DNA from: an uncultured archaeon
GTDB taxonomy: Archaea; Micrarchaeota; Micrarchaeia; Anstonellales; Anstonellaceae
Assembly: GCA_902384555.1 (NCBI GenBank)
Contig: CABMCD010000016.1
Location: 4,504-68,503, forward strand
Length of the DNA: 64,000 nucleotides
Reading direction: 5' to 3'
In this document: positions 54,260 to 64,000 of the stretch, piece by piece
Numbering within the stretch: the stretch's first letter is position 1
Layout of the letters: each line of letters begins with the position of its first letter
The notes under the pieces: model-generated
What the model was told of the DNA's origin: nothing
Databases searched by the model: none
Seen by the model: only the letters and a program-made list of their open reading frames with translations
Program-made: the position numbers and the translations under genes

Positions 54260-55153
54260 TTGATGATTATGTCTAAGCTCAAGCTGGCCCTGCCCAAGGG
54301 CCGAATGTATGACGAGGTGGTGGCGGTCCTGGCCGAGGCCGGGCTCAAGCTCACCGCGAATGGGCGCAATTACCGCCCCCTGCTCAACGACCCTGAAATC
54401 GAGGTCAAGGTGCTCAAGCCCCAGAACATCCCCAAGCTGGTGGAGCTGGGCTCGCAGGACATCGCCTTCAGCGGATTTGACTGGGTGGCGGAGCAGGATG
54501 CCAAGGTGGCCGAGCTGCTGGACCTCAAGCTCGACCCGGTGCGCATCGTGGCGGCCGTCCCCAAAGGAAAAAAAGATGGGATAGCCGCCCGGGGCGGCTC
54601 GGGCGGCCAGTCCGATAATGCCCCCCCGCTGCGCGTGGCCTCCGAATATGAGCGGCTCACCCGCCAATTTCTGGAAAAGAGGGGGCTCAACTATGTGTTC
54701 ATCAAGTCCTATGGGGCCACCGAAGTGTTCGTGCCCGAGGACGCGGACATGATTGTGGATAACATGGCCTCCGGCCAGACGCTTCGCGCGAACGGGCTGG
54801 AAGTGTTCGAAGAGCTTCTGCCCTCCTCCACACGCATGATTGCCAATTTGCAAGCTATGCAGGACCCCGCAAAGAGCCGAAAAATCTCGGATTTGGTGAT
54901 GGTCGTCAAAAGCGTGCTGGACGGGCGGGCCAAGCTGCTGGTGGAGATGAACGTGCCGGAAGACAAGCTGGAGGAGCTGATTCCCATCTTGCCGTGCATG
55001 AAGTCGCCCACCATCGCCAAATTGTACGGGGGCGGCGGATACGCGCTCAAGGCGGCGGTGGACCGCGATAAGGTGCGCGAGCTTATCCCCCGGCTCAAGG
55101 AGAAGGGGGCGTCCGACATTTTGGTGTTCGGGCTCAAGAAAGTGATTGCATAG
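54260..55153 (+). CDS. hisG: ATP phosphoribosyltransferase (long form)
   Basis: HisG catalytic and C-terminal regulatory domains. Motif SGQTLRANGL. Confidence 0.85.
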   Translation: MMIMSKLKLALPKGRMYDEVVAVLAEAGLKLTANGRNYRPLLNDPEIEVKVLKPQNIPKLVELGSQDIAFSGFDWVAEQDAKVAELLDLKLDPVRIVAAVPKGKKDGIAARGGSGGQSDNAPPLRVASEYERLTRQFLEKRGLNYVFIKSYGATEVFVPEDADMIVDNMASGQTLRANGLEVFEELLPSSTRMIANLQAMQDPAKSRKISDLVMVVKSVLDGRAKLLVEMNVPEDKLEELIPILPCMKSPTIAKLYGGGGYALKAAVDRDKVRELIPRLKEKGASDILVFGLKKVIA

Positions 55154-56956
55154 GTGATGGATATGGTTGCGGCTCGAAAAGCAGTGCAAAACATGGACGC
55201 CTACCGTCCGCCCACGGAAGGGCGGGAGGACAAGTTGAGGTTTGACTTCAACGAAAACACGCTGGGCTGCTCGCCGAAAGTGAATGAGGCGCTCGTGCGC
55301 GCCCTCACCGACCGCAATCTGTCTGCCTACCCAGAATATAGCATATTCCGCGAAAAGCTGGCCCGCTATGCCGGCCTCGCTCCCGAGCAGGTGACTATCA
55401 GCAACGGCACGGACGGCATCATCAAACTGGTGATGGACACCTTCGTGGAAAAAGGGGATGAGGTCATCATCCCGGTGCCCACCTACACCATGTTCAAGTT
55501 CTATGCGCAATTGGCGGACGCCAAGATAACCGAAGTGCTCTATGAGAAGGATTTGACGTTCCCGGCCCGCGCGGTGCTGGACTCCATCCGGCCAGGCGTG
55601 CGCCTCGTGGTGCTGGTCAATCCCAACAGCCCCACCGGCACCACCATTTCAGATGAGGACATCGAAGCGGCGGTGAAAAAAGCGAAAGAAAACGGCGCGC
55701 TGGTGCTGGTGGATGAGGCTTATTTCCAATTCTATGGAAAAAGCTCGCGCGCTCTGATTGGCCGCTATGAAAACGTCATCGTCATCCAGACTTTTTCCAA
55801 GGCATTCGGCCTGGCCGGGCTGCGGCTGGGATTTGCCATGTCCGATGCGGCCAACATTGCCGCCATGGACAAGGACAACTCGCCCTATGGGGTGAGCACC
55901 CTGGCTATTGTGGGCGCGAATGCGGCCTTGGATGACCTTGAGTTTGTGGAGCAGTACGCGGCCGAGGTCAGAAAAAACCGGCCCGAAATGGCCGGACGGC
56001 TCGTGGCGCTCGGCCTCAAAGTCTATCCTTCCAGTGCCAACTTCCTGCTCGTGAATTTCGGCTCGAAAGAAAAATGCAAACTGGTTTGCGATACGCTCAA
56101 GGCGCGCGGCATCCTGATTCGCAACCGCAGCTCCGACCCGCTGCTGGAAGGATGCGCGCGCATGAACGTGGGCACCGGGGAGCAGAACCGCCGCCTGCTG
56201 GACGAACTTGGAAAAATCCTGCCTGACACGGGCGGGCGGGCGCAGACGGGACAGGCCCTGCTCTTTGACATGGACGGCGTGCTGGTAGATGTAAGCCAGT
56301 CTTATCGCAAGGTGATTGCCAGGACGGCCGAATATTTTACTGGCAAGGGCATGAGCGCGCAGGACGTGCAAGACATCAAGCAGGCGGGCGGATACAACAA
56401 TGACTGGGACGCGACCGAAGCGCTGATTGTGAAGATGGGGGGCAAGGCTGAGAAAAAAGCCATCATCGACAAATTCCAAGAGTACTATTTGGGCAAGGAC
56501 GGCGTGAGCGGCCTTATCAAAAACGAGAAGTGGATGCTGGGAAGAAAGAATCTGGAGGCGCTGGCGAAACGCTACGCGCTTGGAATCGTCACCGGCCGGC
56601 CGCGGGCCGAGGCCGAATATGCGCTCAAGGCATCCCAATGCGCGGATTTGTTTTCGGTTGTGGTGGCCATGGAGGACTGCCCTGCGGGAAAGAGCAAGCC
56701 AGACCCTTATGGAATCCGATTGGCTTTGGAAAAACTGGGGTGCGCCGGACGCGCCTATGTGGGCGATTCGGGCGATGATATGAAAGCGGCGAAAGCGGCT
56801 GGCCTTATGGCCATCGGAATTCCGCCGGCCGGAATGGCGAATGGAGCAGATGCCAAGGCGATAAGCGCCGTCCGCGAAAAGCTGGTGTCGTGCGGAGCAG
56901 ACAAGATGATTGAAACGCTGGATGGGCTGGAGCAGGCGCTCGGACCATCGGACTGA
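55154..56956 (+). CDS. hisC: Histidinol-phosphate aminotransferase fused to a HAD-superfamily phosphatase
   Basis: N-terminal 360 aa are class-II aminotransferase (NENTLG, NPNSPTG, SKAFGLAGLRLG). C-terminal 230 aa carry HAD motifs FDMDGVLVD, GIVTGRPR and VGDSGDDMKAA. Confidence 0.8.
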   Translation: MMDMVAARKAVQNMDAYRPPTEGREDKLRFDFNENTLGCSPKVNEALVRALTDRNLSAYPEYSIFREKLARYAGLAPEQVTISNGTDGIIKLVMDTFVEKGDEVIIPVPTYTMFKFYAQLADAKITEVLYEKDLTFPARAVLDSIRPGVRLVVLVNPNSPTGTTISDEDIEAAVKKAKENGALVLVDEAYFQFYGKSSRALIGRYENVIVIQTFSKAFGLAGLRLGFAMSDAANIAAMDKDNSPYGVSTLAIVGANAALDDLEFVEQYAAEVRKNRPEMAGRLVALGLKVYPSSANFLLVNFGSKEKCKLVCDTLKARGILIRNRSSDPLLEGCARMNVGTGEQNRRLLDELGKILPDTGGRAQTGQALLFDMDGVLVDVSQSYRKVIARTAEYFTGKGMSAQDVQDIKQAGGYNNDWDATEALIVKMGGKAEKKAIIDKFQEYYLGKDGVSGLIKNEKWMLGRKNLEALAKRYALGIVTGRPRAEAEYALKASQCADLFSVVVAMEDCPAGKSKPDPYGIRLALEKLGCAGRAYVGDSGDDMKAAKAAGLMAIGIPPAGMANGADAKAISAVREKLVSCGADKMIETLDGLEQALGPSD

Positions 56957-56969
56957 ACAGGTGACATGC

Positions 56970-57557
56970 ATGAGAACTTCCACCATTAATCGCAAAACAA
57001 AAGAGACCGACATTTCCATTGAGCTGAATTTGGACGGCTCAGGGCAGTACAAAATCAGCACGCCCGTCGGTTTTCTCAACCACATGCTGGAATCGTTTTC
57101 CAAGCACGGGCTGTTCGACCTCCAGCTTAGCGCCAGCGGGGATTTGCAGGTGGACCAGCACCACCTGGTGGAGGATTTGGGCATTGGCTTGGGCGAAGCC
57201 TTCAAGCAGGCTCTTGGAGACAAGAAGGGTATCAATCGGGCCGGCTATTTCGTCTATCCCATGGACGAGGCGCTGGCGATTGTGGCGCTCGATTTCGGCG
57301 GGCGGCCTTACTTGCAGTTCGAGGCCAAGTTCGAGCGCGAAAAATGCGGCGAGCTGGACACCGGTGTGGTGGAGGATTTCTTCCTCGGCTTTGCGCAGGG
57401 GGCGATGGCCAATGTGGCCGTGCGCATTCCCAACGGCCGCAGCGACCACCACAAGCTGGAGGCCGCCTTCAAGGGCTTTGCCAAGGCGGCCAAGATGGCC
57501 TGCTCCACCGACCCGCGCGCCATGGGCAGCCTGCCCAGCACCAAAGGGGTCATCTAG
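56970..57557 (+). CDS. hisB: Imidazoleglycerol-phosphate dehydratase (monofunctional)
   Basis: Motifs RKTKETDISIELNLDG, HHLVEDLGI, DHHKLEAAFK. Confidence 0.9.
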   Translation: MRTSTINRKTKETDISIELNLDGSGQYKISTPVGFLNHMLESFSKHGLFDLQLSASGDLQVDQHHLVEDLGIGLGEAFKQALGDKKGINRAGYFVYPMDEALAIVALDFGGRPYLQFEAKFEREKCGELDTGVVEDFFLGFAQGAMANVAVRIPNGRSDHHKLEAAFKGFAKAAKMACSTDPRAMGSLPSTKGVI

Positions 57558-57561
57558 CGTG

Positions 57562-58191
57562 ATGCAAATGGAAAGCGAAACGGTCGTCATCATTGACTAT
57601 GGCGCGGGCAACCTCGCCAGTGTGCAGAATGCGCTCGACAAACTGGGCGCCAAGTGGAGCGTGAGCTCCAATCCGGCCGAAATCCGCGCCGCCAAACGCA
57701 TTATTTTTCCCGGTGTGGGCTCGTTCGGCTCGATGATGGAGCGCCTGCGCGAGCGCAAGCTGGATGCGGCCATTCGTGATGCCATTGCGTCCGGCACGCC
57801 TTTCTTGGGCATTTGCCTCGGCATGCAGGCCCTCTTTGAATCGAGCGAGGAGAGCCCGGGCGTGAAAGGCTTGGGCGTGCTGGAGGGTGAAGTGGTGAAA
57901 TTCCAAAAAGGAAAAGTGCCGCAGGTGGGCTGGAATGAGGTGAAGGCGAGAGGAAATGGCGCGCTCAAGTCCGGCTATTTCTATTTCGTGAATTCGTATT
58001 ATTGCAGGCCGAAAGAGCAGAAGATAGTCGCGGCCACTACGGATTATTTCGGGGAATTCGCCAGCGTGGTTTCGGCCGCAAACGTGATGGCCGTGCAGTA
58101 TCACCCCGAAAAAAGCGGGCGGGCGGGAATGGAATTCCTGCAGAGATGGCTGGAAGGCCCGGTGGCAGATGGAGGGAGTTCTTCATGCTGA
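57562..58191 (+). CDS. hisH: Imidazole glycerol phosphate synthase, glutamine amidotransferase subunit
   Basis: Motif GICLGMQ (catalytic Cys) and QYHPEKS. Confidence 0.9.
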   Translation: MQMESETVVIIDYGAGNLASVQNALDKLGAKWSVSSNPAEIRAAKRIIFPGVGSFGSMMERLRERKLDAAIRDAIASGTPFLGICLGMQALFESSEESPGVKGLGVLEGEVVKFQKGKVPQVGWNEVKARGNGALKSGYFYFVNSYYCRPKEQKIVAATTDYFGEFASVVSAANVMAVQYHPEKSGRAGMEFLQRWLEGPVADGGSSSC

Positions 58192-58940
58192 CCAAGCGCA
58201 TCATTCCCTGTCTGGACGTCAATGCCGGCCGTGTGGTCAAGGGCGTCAATTTCATCCAGTTGCGCGATGCGGGCGACCCGGCCGAGCTGGGCCGGCGCTA
58301 CAGTGAAGAGGGGGCGGATGAGCTGGTGTTTTTGGACATCACGGCCTCCTCCGACAACCGGCAGACCGTGCGCGACATGGTGCGCAACGTGGCAAGGGAG
58401 ATTTTCATTCCATTCACAGTTGGCGGCGGCATCCGCACGGTGCAGGACGTGCAGGCCATCCTGCGCGCGGGGGCGGACAAGGTGTCGCTCAACACGGCCG
58501 CGGTGGAAAATCCGAAGCTGGTGGAGCAGGTGGCCCAAGAATTCGGCAAGCAGTGTGTCGTGGTCGCCATTGATGCGAAAAGAAATGGAAAGAGCTGGAA
58601 TGTGTTTGTGAAAGGAGGGCGTCAAGACACCGGCCTGGACGCGCTGGCGTGGGCCGAACAGGTGCAGGAGCTGGGGGCGGGCGAAATCCTGCTCACCTCC
58701 ATGGACCGCGACGGGACGCGCGCAGGCTATGATTTGGAGCTGACCCGCGCCGTGTCCGGCCGGCTCAACATTCCCGTCATCGCGTCGGGCGGGGCGGGCA
58801 GTTTGGAGAGCCTGGCCGACGTGTTCTCCAGGGGAAATGCCGATGCCGCGCTGGCGGCCTCGATTTTCCACGACAAAAACTACAGCGTGCAGGACGTCAA
58901 GCGGTATTTGCAGGAAAAAGGAATCGCCGTTCGGATGTGA
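58185..58940 (+). CDS. hisF: Imidazole glycerol phosphate synthase, cyclase subunit
   Basis: Motifs [25 protein letters not shown]. Confidence 0.9.
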   Translation: MLTKRIIPCLDVNAGRVVKGVNFIQLRDAGDPAELGRRYSEEGADELVFLDITASSDNRQTVRDMVRNVAREIFIPFTVGGGIRTVQDVQAILRAGADKVSLNTAAVENPKLVEQVAQEFGKQCVVVAIDAKRNGKSWNVFVKGGRQDTGLDALAWAEQVQELGAGEILLTSMDRDGTRAGYDLELTRAVSGRLNIPVIASGGAGSLESLADVFSRGNADAALAASIFHDKNYSVQDVKRYLQEKGIAVRM

Positions 58941-58944
58941 AGAT

Positions 58945-60177
58945 ATGATAATTCCAAGCATTGATTTGATGGCCGGCAAGGCCGTGCAGCTTCGCCAGGG
59001 CAACCCAGGCGACAAGGCGCTGGAGCGCGAAAACGTGAAAGAGCTGGCCCTTGAATTTTCAAAATACGGCGAAGTGGCAGTCATTGATTTGGACGCCGCC
59101 TTTGGCAGGGGCGACAATCTGGCGCTGGTGAAAGAGCTGTGCGCCCGGGTGCCCTGCCGGGTGGGCGGCGGCATCCGCAGAGCGGAGCGGGCCAACGAAC
59201 TCTTGGCGGCCGGAGCAAAGAAACTCATCATCGGCACCAAGGCCGAGCCTGAATTTCTCAAGCAGCTTCCCAAAGACCGGCTCCTCGCCGCCATCGACAC
59301 CAAGAAAGGGGAAGTGGTGAGCGAGGGCTGGGTGAAAGGGAGCGGGCAGGGAGCCGAGGAGCGCATCCGCGCGCTGGAGCCCTATGTTTCGGGATTTCTG
59401 TTCACCAACGTGGACAAGGAAGGGCTGATGGGCGGGCTGGATTGGGAAGCCGTGCAGCGCGTGCGGGGGGCCACGAAGTTGCCGCTTACGGTGGCGGGCG
59501 GCATCACCAGCTCGCAAGACATCCGAAAGCTCGAAGACATGGGATGCGACTCGCAGCTGGGCATGGCCTTGTATAGCGGAAAAATCAAGCTGGAGGAGGC
59601 ATTTGTATCGTTGGTGAAGTTCGACGCTTCCTCCAGACTGGTTCCCACCATTGTGCAGGATGAGAGAGGCCAAGTGCTGATGCTCGCCTATTCCAATCCA
59701 GAGTCGCTGCAAAAGACATTTGCCACCGGGCAGGCCACCTATTACAGCCGCTCGCGCCAAAGTTTGTGGACCAAGGGCGAGACGTCGGGCACCCGCCAGG
59801 AATTCCAGAGTGCGCGCTGGGACTGCGACCGCGACACGCTGCTTTTTGTGGTGAAGCAGACGGGCGCAGGGGCGTGCCACACGGGCCGCTACTCCTGCTT
59901 CGGTGAGCAGAAGTTCGGCTTTGAGGAGCTGTATGCCACCCTCTGCGAGCGCATGGCCAACCCGACGCCCAACTCCTACACGGCCAAAATTTCGGCCAAT
60001 GAAAAGCTCATCAAGGAGAAATTGCTTGAAGAGGCCGGGGAAGTGGCCGAATACAAAGACCGGGAGAACCTGGTGTGGGAGCTGGCCGATTTGTCCTATT
60101 TCATGCTGGTGCTGATGGCCAAGAAGGGCATCACGCCAAACGAAGTGAGGAACGAGCTGCACAGGCGCAGAAAATGA
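58945..60177 (+). CDS. hisA: Trifunctional HisA-HisI-HisE fusion (ProFAR isomerase, PR-AMP cyclohydrolase, PR-ATP pyrophosphatase)
   Basis: HisA TIM barrel (IIPSIDL...GGGIR). HisI segment VPTIVQDERGQVLMLAYSN...CDRDTLLFVVKQTGAGACHTG. HisE segment EKLLEEAGEVAEY...ELADLSYF. Confidence 0.8.
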   Translation: MIIPSIDLMAGKAVQLRQGNPGDKALERENVKELALEFSKYGEVAVIDLDAAFGRGDNLALVKELCARVPCRVGGGIRRAERANELLAAGAKKLIIGTKAEPEFLKQLPKDRLLAAIDTKKGEVVSEGWVKGSGQGAEERIRALEPYVSGFLFTNVDKEGLMGGLDWEAVQRVRGATKLPLTVAGGITSSQDIRKLEDMGCDSQLGMALYSGKIKLEEAFVSLVKFDASSRLVPTIVQDERGQVLMLAYSNPESLQKTFATGQATYYSRSRQSLWTKGETSGTRQEFQSARWDCDRDTLLFVVKQTGAGACHTGRYSCFGEQKFGFEELYATLCERMANPTPNSYTAKISANEKLIKEKLLEEAGEVAEYKDRENLVWELADLSYFMLVLMAKKGITPNEVRNELHRRRK

Positions 60178-60230
60178 AACAATGAGCAAATGGATGAGGG
60201 GCTGAAAACGAGAATTCGGAGGCGAATGAA

Positions 60231-61481
60231 ATGAAAAGGGTTGAATATTCCAAACTGGAGGCGTCGTTCTTTCAATACGCGCGCCTGGACGAGATGCCCA
60301 GCGTGCGCGCCATGCTGGAGGACGTGAGAAAAAACGGAGACAAGGCGGTGCGAAAATACGCCATACAATTCGACGGACTGGAAGAGAACGAGCCGTTTGA
60401 GCTCACGCGTGAGCAAATCCGGTCTGCTTATGCGCAGGTGGAGCCCGCCACGCTGGAGGCCCTCAAAACGGCCGCCCGGCGCATCCGCTCCTTTGCGCAA
60501 AAGCAGATGGATTCGATGAAAGAATTCGAAAGCGAGGAGGAGGGCCTGATGCTGGGCCAGAAAATCGTGCCACTGGGGCGCGTGGGCTGTTATGTGCCCG
60601 GCGGGCGCTATCCCCTGCCCTCCACCGCGCTGATGACCGCCATTCCGGCCAAAGTGGCTGGCGTGAAAGAGGTCATCGTCTGCTCGCCCAAAATCAAGGC
60701 GGCCACCATCGTGGCGGCCGATTTGGCGGGAGCGGATCGCATCTTCAATTTGGGCGGCGTGCAGGCCGTGGGCGCGATGGCCTATGGAACGGCCAGCGTG
60801 CCGCGCGTGGACAAAATCGTGGGGCCGGGCAACCAGTATGTCACGGCCGCCAAAAAGAACGTGTATGGCGAAGTTGGAATTGACTTCATTGCCGGGCCGT
60901 CTGAAGTGATGGTGGTGGCGGACGAGACGGCCGATGCGGCCTTTGTGGCGGCCGATATGCTGGCCCAGGCCGAGCACGACACGGCCGCACGGGCGGACCT
61001 GATTACAGATTCCAAAGCGCTGGCCGAAAAGGTGGCGGCAGAGCTGCAGCGCCAGCTTTCCGTTCTTCCCACGCGCGAGGTGGCCGAAAAGGCCCTGCAA
61101 AACGGCTGCATCGTGCTCGTGGATAGCATGGAGCAGGCGGTCGAAATCGCGGATAGGCGCGCGCCGGAACACTTGGAATTGCAGGGCAAAAAGGCGGAAA
61201 AACTTGCTTTACAATTCAGCAACTACGGCTCGCTGTTCATCGGCCCCTGGTGCGCCGAGGTGTTCGGTGACTATTGCAGCGGCACCAACCACACCCTGCC
61301 CACCAACGGGGCGGCCCGCTACACTGGAGGCTTGTCGGTCAAGGACTATGTGAAGGTGCTGACTTACCAGAAGGCCGGCGAGAAAGGGGCGAAAAAGCTG
61401 GCTCCCGTCGCGAGCGAGCTGGCGCGAGTGGAAGGGCTGTTTGGCCACAAAAATGCGGCCGATGTGCGCGCAAGAAAGTAG
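60231..61481 (+). CDS. hisD: Histidinol dehydrogenase
   Basis: Motifs [39 protein letters not shown]. Confidence 0.9.
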   Translation: MKRVEYSKLEASFFQYARLDEMPSVRAMLEDVRKNGDKAVRKYAIQFDGLEENEPFELTREQIRSAYAQVEPATLEALKTAARRIRSFAQKQMDSMKEFESEEEGLMLGQKIVPLGRVGCYVPGGRYPLPSTALMTAIPAKVAGVKEVIVCSPKIKAATIVAADLAGADRIFNLGGVQAVGAMAYGTASVPRVDKIVGPGNQYVTAAKKNVYGEVGIDFIAGPSEVMVVADETADAAFVAADMLAQAEHDTAARADLITDSKALAEKVAAELQRQLSVLPTREVAEKALQNGCIVLVDSMEQAVEIADRRAPEHLELQGKKAEKLALQFSNYGSLFIGPWCAEVFGDYCSGTNHTLPTNGAARYTGGLSVKDYVKVLTYQKAGEKGAKKLAPVASELARVEGLFGHKNAADVRARK

Positions 61482-61526
61482 TTCGCTCTTTTCTTTTTCC
61501 TCTTTTTCTTTTTCTCCGCTTTTTCT

Positions 61527-61916
61527 CTATTGCCACTGCGAGGCGGCCAGCTTCGCGCCGCACTTGAGCAGGGCGGCCTTGATTTGCGCAATCGAGGCGT
61601 CGCGGGGGTTGCACTCGACCTCCCAGAGCGCCACCTCGCCGCGCCGAGCGCTGCGCGAGTGGGTGGAAACCAAATCCACGCCCAAATCATAGAGCGCCAG
61701 CGCGGCCTTGGCCAGCGCGCCGGGCTGGTCGCCCAGCTCGATGGTGAGCGAGAGCAGCTCCTTCTCGTGCGACGGCTCGATAATCAGCGTCTTGGAGGCC
61801 GGGTCGGCCGACACCAGCACCTTCTCGCCGGAAGCCAGCCCCACGCGCTCGCGCAAAGAGAGGGGAATGAGCACGCGGCCCTTTTCATCCAGGCTGGAGA
61901 CGATGGAATCCGACAT
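61527..61916 (-). CDS. AbrB/SpoVT-like swapped-hairpin domain fused to an ACT-like domain
   Basis: N-terminal DEKGRVLIPLSLRERVGLASGEKVLV and C-terminal LLSLTIELGDQPGALAKAALALYDLGVDLVSTHS. The ORF-track extension to 62087 is rejected. Confidence 0.45.
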   Translation of the reverse strand: MSDSIVSSLDEKGRVLIPLSLRERVGLASGEKVLVSADPASKTLIIEPSHEKELLSLTIELGDQPGALAKAALALYDLGVDLVSTHSRSARRGEVALWEVECNPRDASIAQIKAALLKCGAKLAASQWQ

Positions 61917-62085
61917 GGAGGCAGTAGCAGAGAGGGAGGATAAAAAGATGACGCTTTCGGGCTTTGCAAAAAGAGGGCATCCCGGTAATATCTTGGGCGG
62001 GCCCAAAAATATAAGCATGTGCCCGCGCCGGCAAAAACGCCGCAAAAAGAGCCGCTTATAAATTTTCAGCCTGCAAACTTTTCCC

Positions 62086-63720
62086 ATGGCGGAAAAAACG
62101 GTGCGCTACATCGTGGTCCTCGGCTCGCTCATGTCGGGCCTGGGCAAGGGCATCGTCACCGCCTCCATTGGAAGAATCCTCCAGTCCAAGGGCTATTCTG
62201 TTTCCCCCATCAAGTTCGACGGCTACCTCAACGTGGACTGCGGCACCATGAACCCGCTGAGGCACGGCGAGGTGTTCGTGCTGGACGACGGCACCGAATG
62301 CGACATGGACTTCGGCACCTACGAGCGATTCCTCAACGAATCCATCAAGGGCACCAACTCCATTACGGGCGGCAAGCTCTTCCGCAAGGTGATTGACAAG
62401 GAGCGCGCGGGCGGGTATTTGGGACGGGATGTGCAGATTGTGCCGCACCTCACGGACGAAATCAAGGCGTGGATAAGAAATGTCGGAACCGAGAGCAAGG
62501 CCGACTTCGTGCTGGTCGAAGTGGGCGGCACGGTCGGCGACTTGGAGAATTCCTATTTCATAGAGGCCATGCGGCAGATGGGGCGCGAGGAGGGCGAGCG
62601 CATGCTCTTCGTGCAGCTCACCTACCTCACGGCGCTCTCCCCCGGCGAGCTGAAGACCAAGCCGACGCAGCACGCGAACCGCCTCATCACCTCCATGGGC
62701 ATCCAGCCCAAGCTCATCCTCTGCCGCGGCGACGAGCCGCTGGACAAGGACGCGCGCGAGAAGCTCTCGCTCTTCTGCAACGTCTCCCCCGAGGACGTGT
62801 TCGACGACCCTTCCTTGGAGACCATTTACGAATTGCCCCCGGTGCTGGAAAGGCAGAAATTCTCCAGCCGGCTCTTGGGCCATTTCGGGCTCAAGGCATC
62901 GGAGGAGGACCTCAAAGTGTGGTCCGCGCTGGTGTCCAAAATCAAGGACCCCAAGAACGAAATCAACGTGGCCATTTCGGGCAAATACACCGCCGTGAAG
63001 GATGCCTATGTCTCGGTGAAAGAGGCCCTCATTCACGCGGCGGCGGCCAACAACACCCGCGTGCACATCGACTGGGTGGACACCGAACGCCTCGAGAAGG
63101 AAGAAGGCCTGAAAGCGGCCGAGCTGCTGGGCAAATACGACGGCATCATTGTGCCGGGCGGTTTCGGCTCGCGCGGCGTGGAGGGCAAAATCACGGCCAT
63201 CAAATACTGCCGCGAGAAGCAGGTGCCCTACCTGGGCCTGTGTTTGGGCATGCAGCTCATGACGGTGGAGTATGCCCGCAACGTGGCCAAGATGGCGGGC
63301 GCCAATTCGACGGAAATGGACGAGAAGACGGCGTACCCCGTCATCCACATCATGCCCGAGCAGCTCAAAGTGAAGGGCATGGGCGCCAACATGAGGCTGG
63401 GCGCGTGGGAGTGCATTCTCAAGAAAGGTTCGCTGGCGTATGCGGCCTATTCGGCCGACAAGTGCTTCGAGCGCCACCGCCACCGCTATGAAGTCAATAA
63501 CGAACTGGTGCCCAAACTGGAGGAGGCCGGCCTGGTGTTTTCGGGCCGCTCGCCGGACGGGCGCATCGTGGAGATGGCGGAGTGGAAAGAGGGCTGGGGC
63601 GTGGGCACGCAGGCGCACCCCGAACTGAAAAGCCGCCTCGAGGCGCCGGCGCCGCTGTTCATGGGATTTGTCAAGGCCTGTTTGAAGAGGCAGAAGGAGA
63701 AGGAAGAGAAAAAGACGTGA
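62086..63720 (+). CDS. pyrG: CTP synthase
   Basis: N-terminal synthetase motif VVLGSLMSGLGKG and C-terminal glutamine amidotransferase motif GLCLGMQ. Confidence 0.95.
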   Translation: MAEKTVRYIVVLGSLMSGLGKGIVTASIGRILQSKGYSVSPIKFDGYLNVDCGTMNPLRHGEVFVLDDGTECDMDFGTYERFLNESIKGTNSITGGKLFRKVIDKERAGGYLGRDVQIVPHLTDEIKAWIRNVGTESKADFVLVEVGGTVGDLENSYFIEAMRQMGREEGERMLFVQLTYLTALSPGELKTKPTQHANRLITSMGIQPKLILCRGDEPLDKDAREKLSLFCNVSPEDVFDDPSLETIYELPPVLERQKFSSRLLGHFGLKASEEDLKVWSALVSKIKDPKNEINVAISGKYTAVKDAYVSVKEALIHAAAANNTRVHIDWVDTERLEKEEGLKAAELLGKYDGIIVPGGFGSRGVEGKITAIKYCREKQVPYLGLCLGMQLMTVEYARNVAKMAGANSTEMDEKTAYPVIHIMPEQLKVKGMGANMRLGAWECILKKGSLAYAAYSADKCFERHRHRYEVNNELVPKLEEAGLVFSGRSPDGRIVEMAEWKEGWGVGTQAHPELKSRLEAPAPLFMGFVKACLKRQKEKEEKKT

Positions 63721-63723
63721 AGA

Positions 63724-64000
63724 TGATGAAAGTGTCCAACCGACCGGTTTTTTTAGGGGTTCTTTTCCTTTTCGTGATTTTTTCTGTCGGCTGCCTTTCC
63801 TTCTTGCCCGACACGGGCACTTCGGGCACACCCGCATCCAACTACAATCTCACGACCTATGCGACACCCGGGCAAGCGCAGGAACTCCTGCTGGCGATTG
63901 AATTTCCCCATCCTCTGTTCCAAAAAACGCTTGATTTTGAACTATACAATCTGTCCCTCAATCTTGGCGGAAAGCCGTGTTCGTTCACCCCGCTGGAGGG
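63724..64000 (+). CDS. 5' part of a secreted/lipoprotein-like gene running out of the window
   Basis: N-terminus MMKVSNRPVFLGVLFLFVIFSVGC is a signal peptide plus lipobox-like Cys. No stop before the window end. Confidence 0.4.

Overview
High-GC (about 64-65%) archaeal chromosomal segment with roughly 70 genes, mostly housekeeping. Archaeal identity rests on an ftsZ-secE-spt5 cluster, archaeal-type rpl11, geranylgeranyl reductase, DtdA, a DUF359 dephospho-CoA kinase, class III signal peptides, and TATA boxes about 25 nt upstream of several start codons. Core functions present: a complete histidine operon (hisG, hisC-HAD fusion, hisB, hisH, hisF, hisA-hisIE fusion, hisD), pyrD-pyrK-pyrC and pyrG, argS, an RPA-like ssDNA-binding protein, a DEAD-box helicase, a MacB/FtsX-type ABC exporter operon, and LemA-HtpX-MscL. 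The standout feature is an unusually dense set of type IV pilin-like genes: 13 proteins with class III (prepilin-type) signal peptides in three places. Locus I (1327-7426) has four pilins, a FlaI/PilB-type ATPase and two single-domain TadC/FlaJ-like platform proteins. Locus II (34752-39873) has seven pilin-like genes including a 650-aa Cys- and sequon-rich giant, followed by a rhomboid protease. A lone pilin sits at 21802-22224. No prepilin peptidase is visible in the window. Other oddities: a pair of tandem cysteine-rich paralogs next to a tandem-Lrp regulator; a low-GC 0.7-kb island carrying a lipoprotein-like gene at a synteny breakpoint after spt5; a recurring GGCGCGCC hairpin plus oligo-T element at three operon ends; palindromic TATA boxes shared by divergent genes; a helicase with a long RGG/FG-rich tail followed by a 914-aa orphan protein. 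No tRNA, rRNA, CRISPR array, transposase or integrase was recognised. Coordinates of motifs read by eye may be off by 1-2 nt; CDS coordinates are kept frame-consistent with the supplied ORF track.
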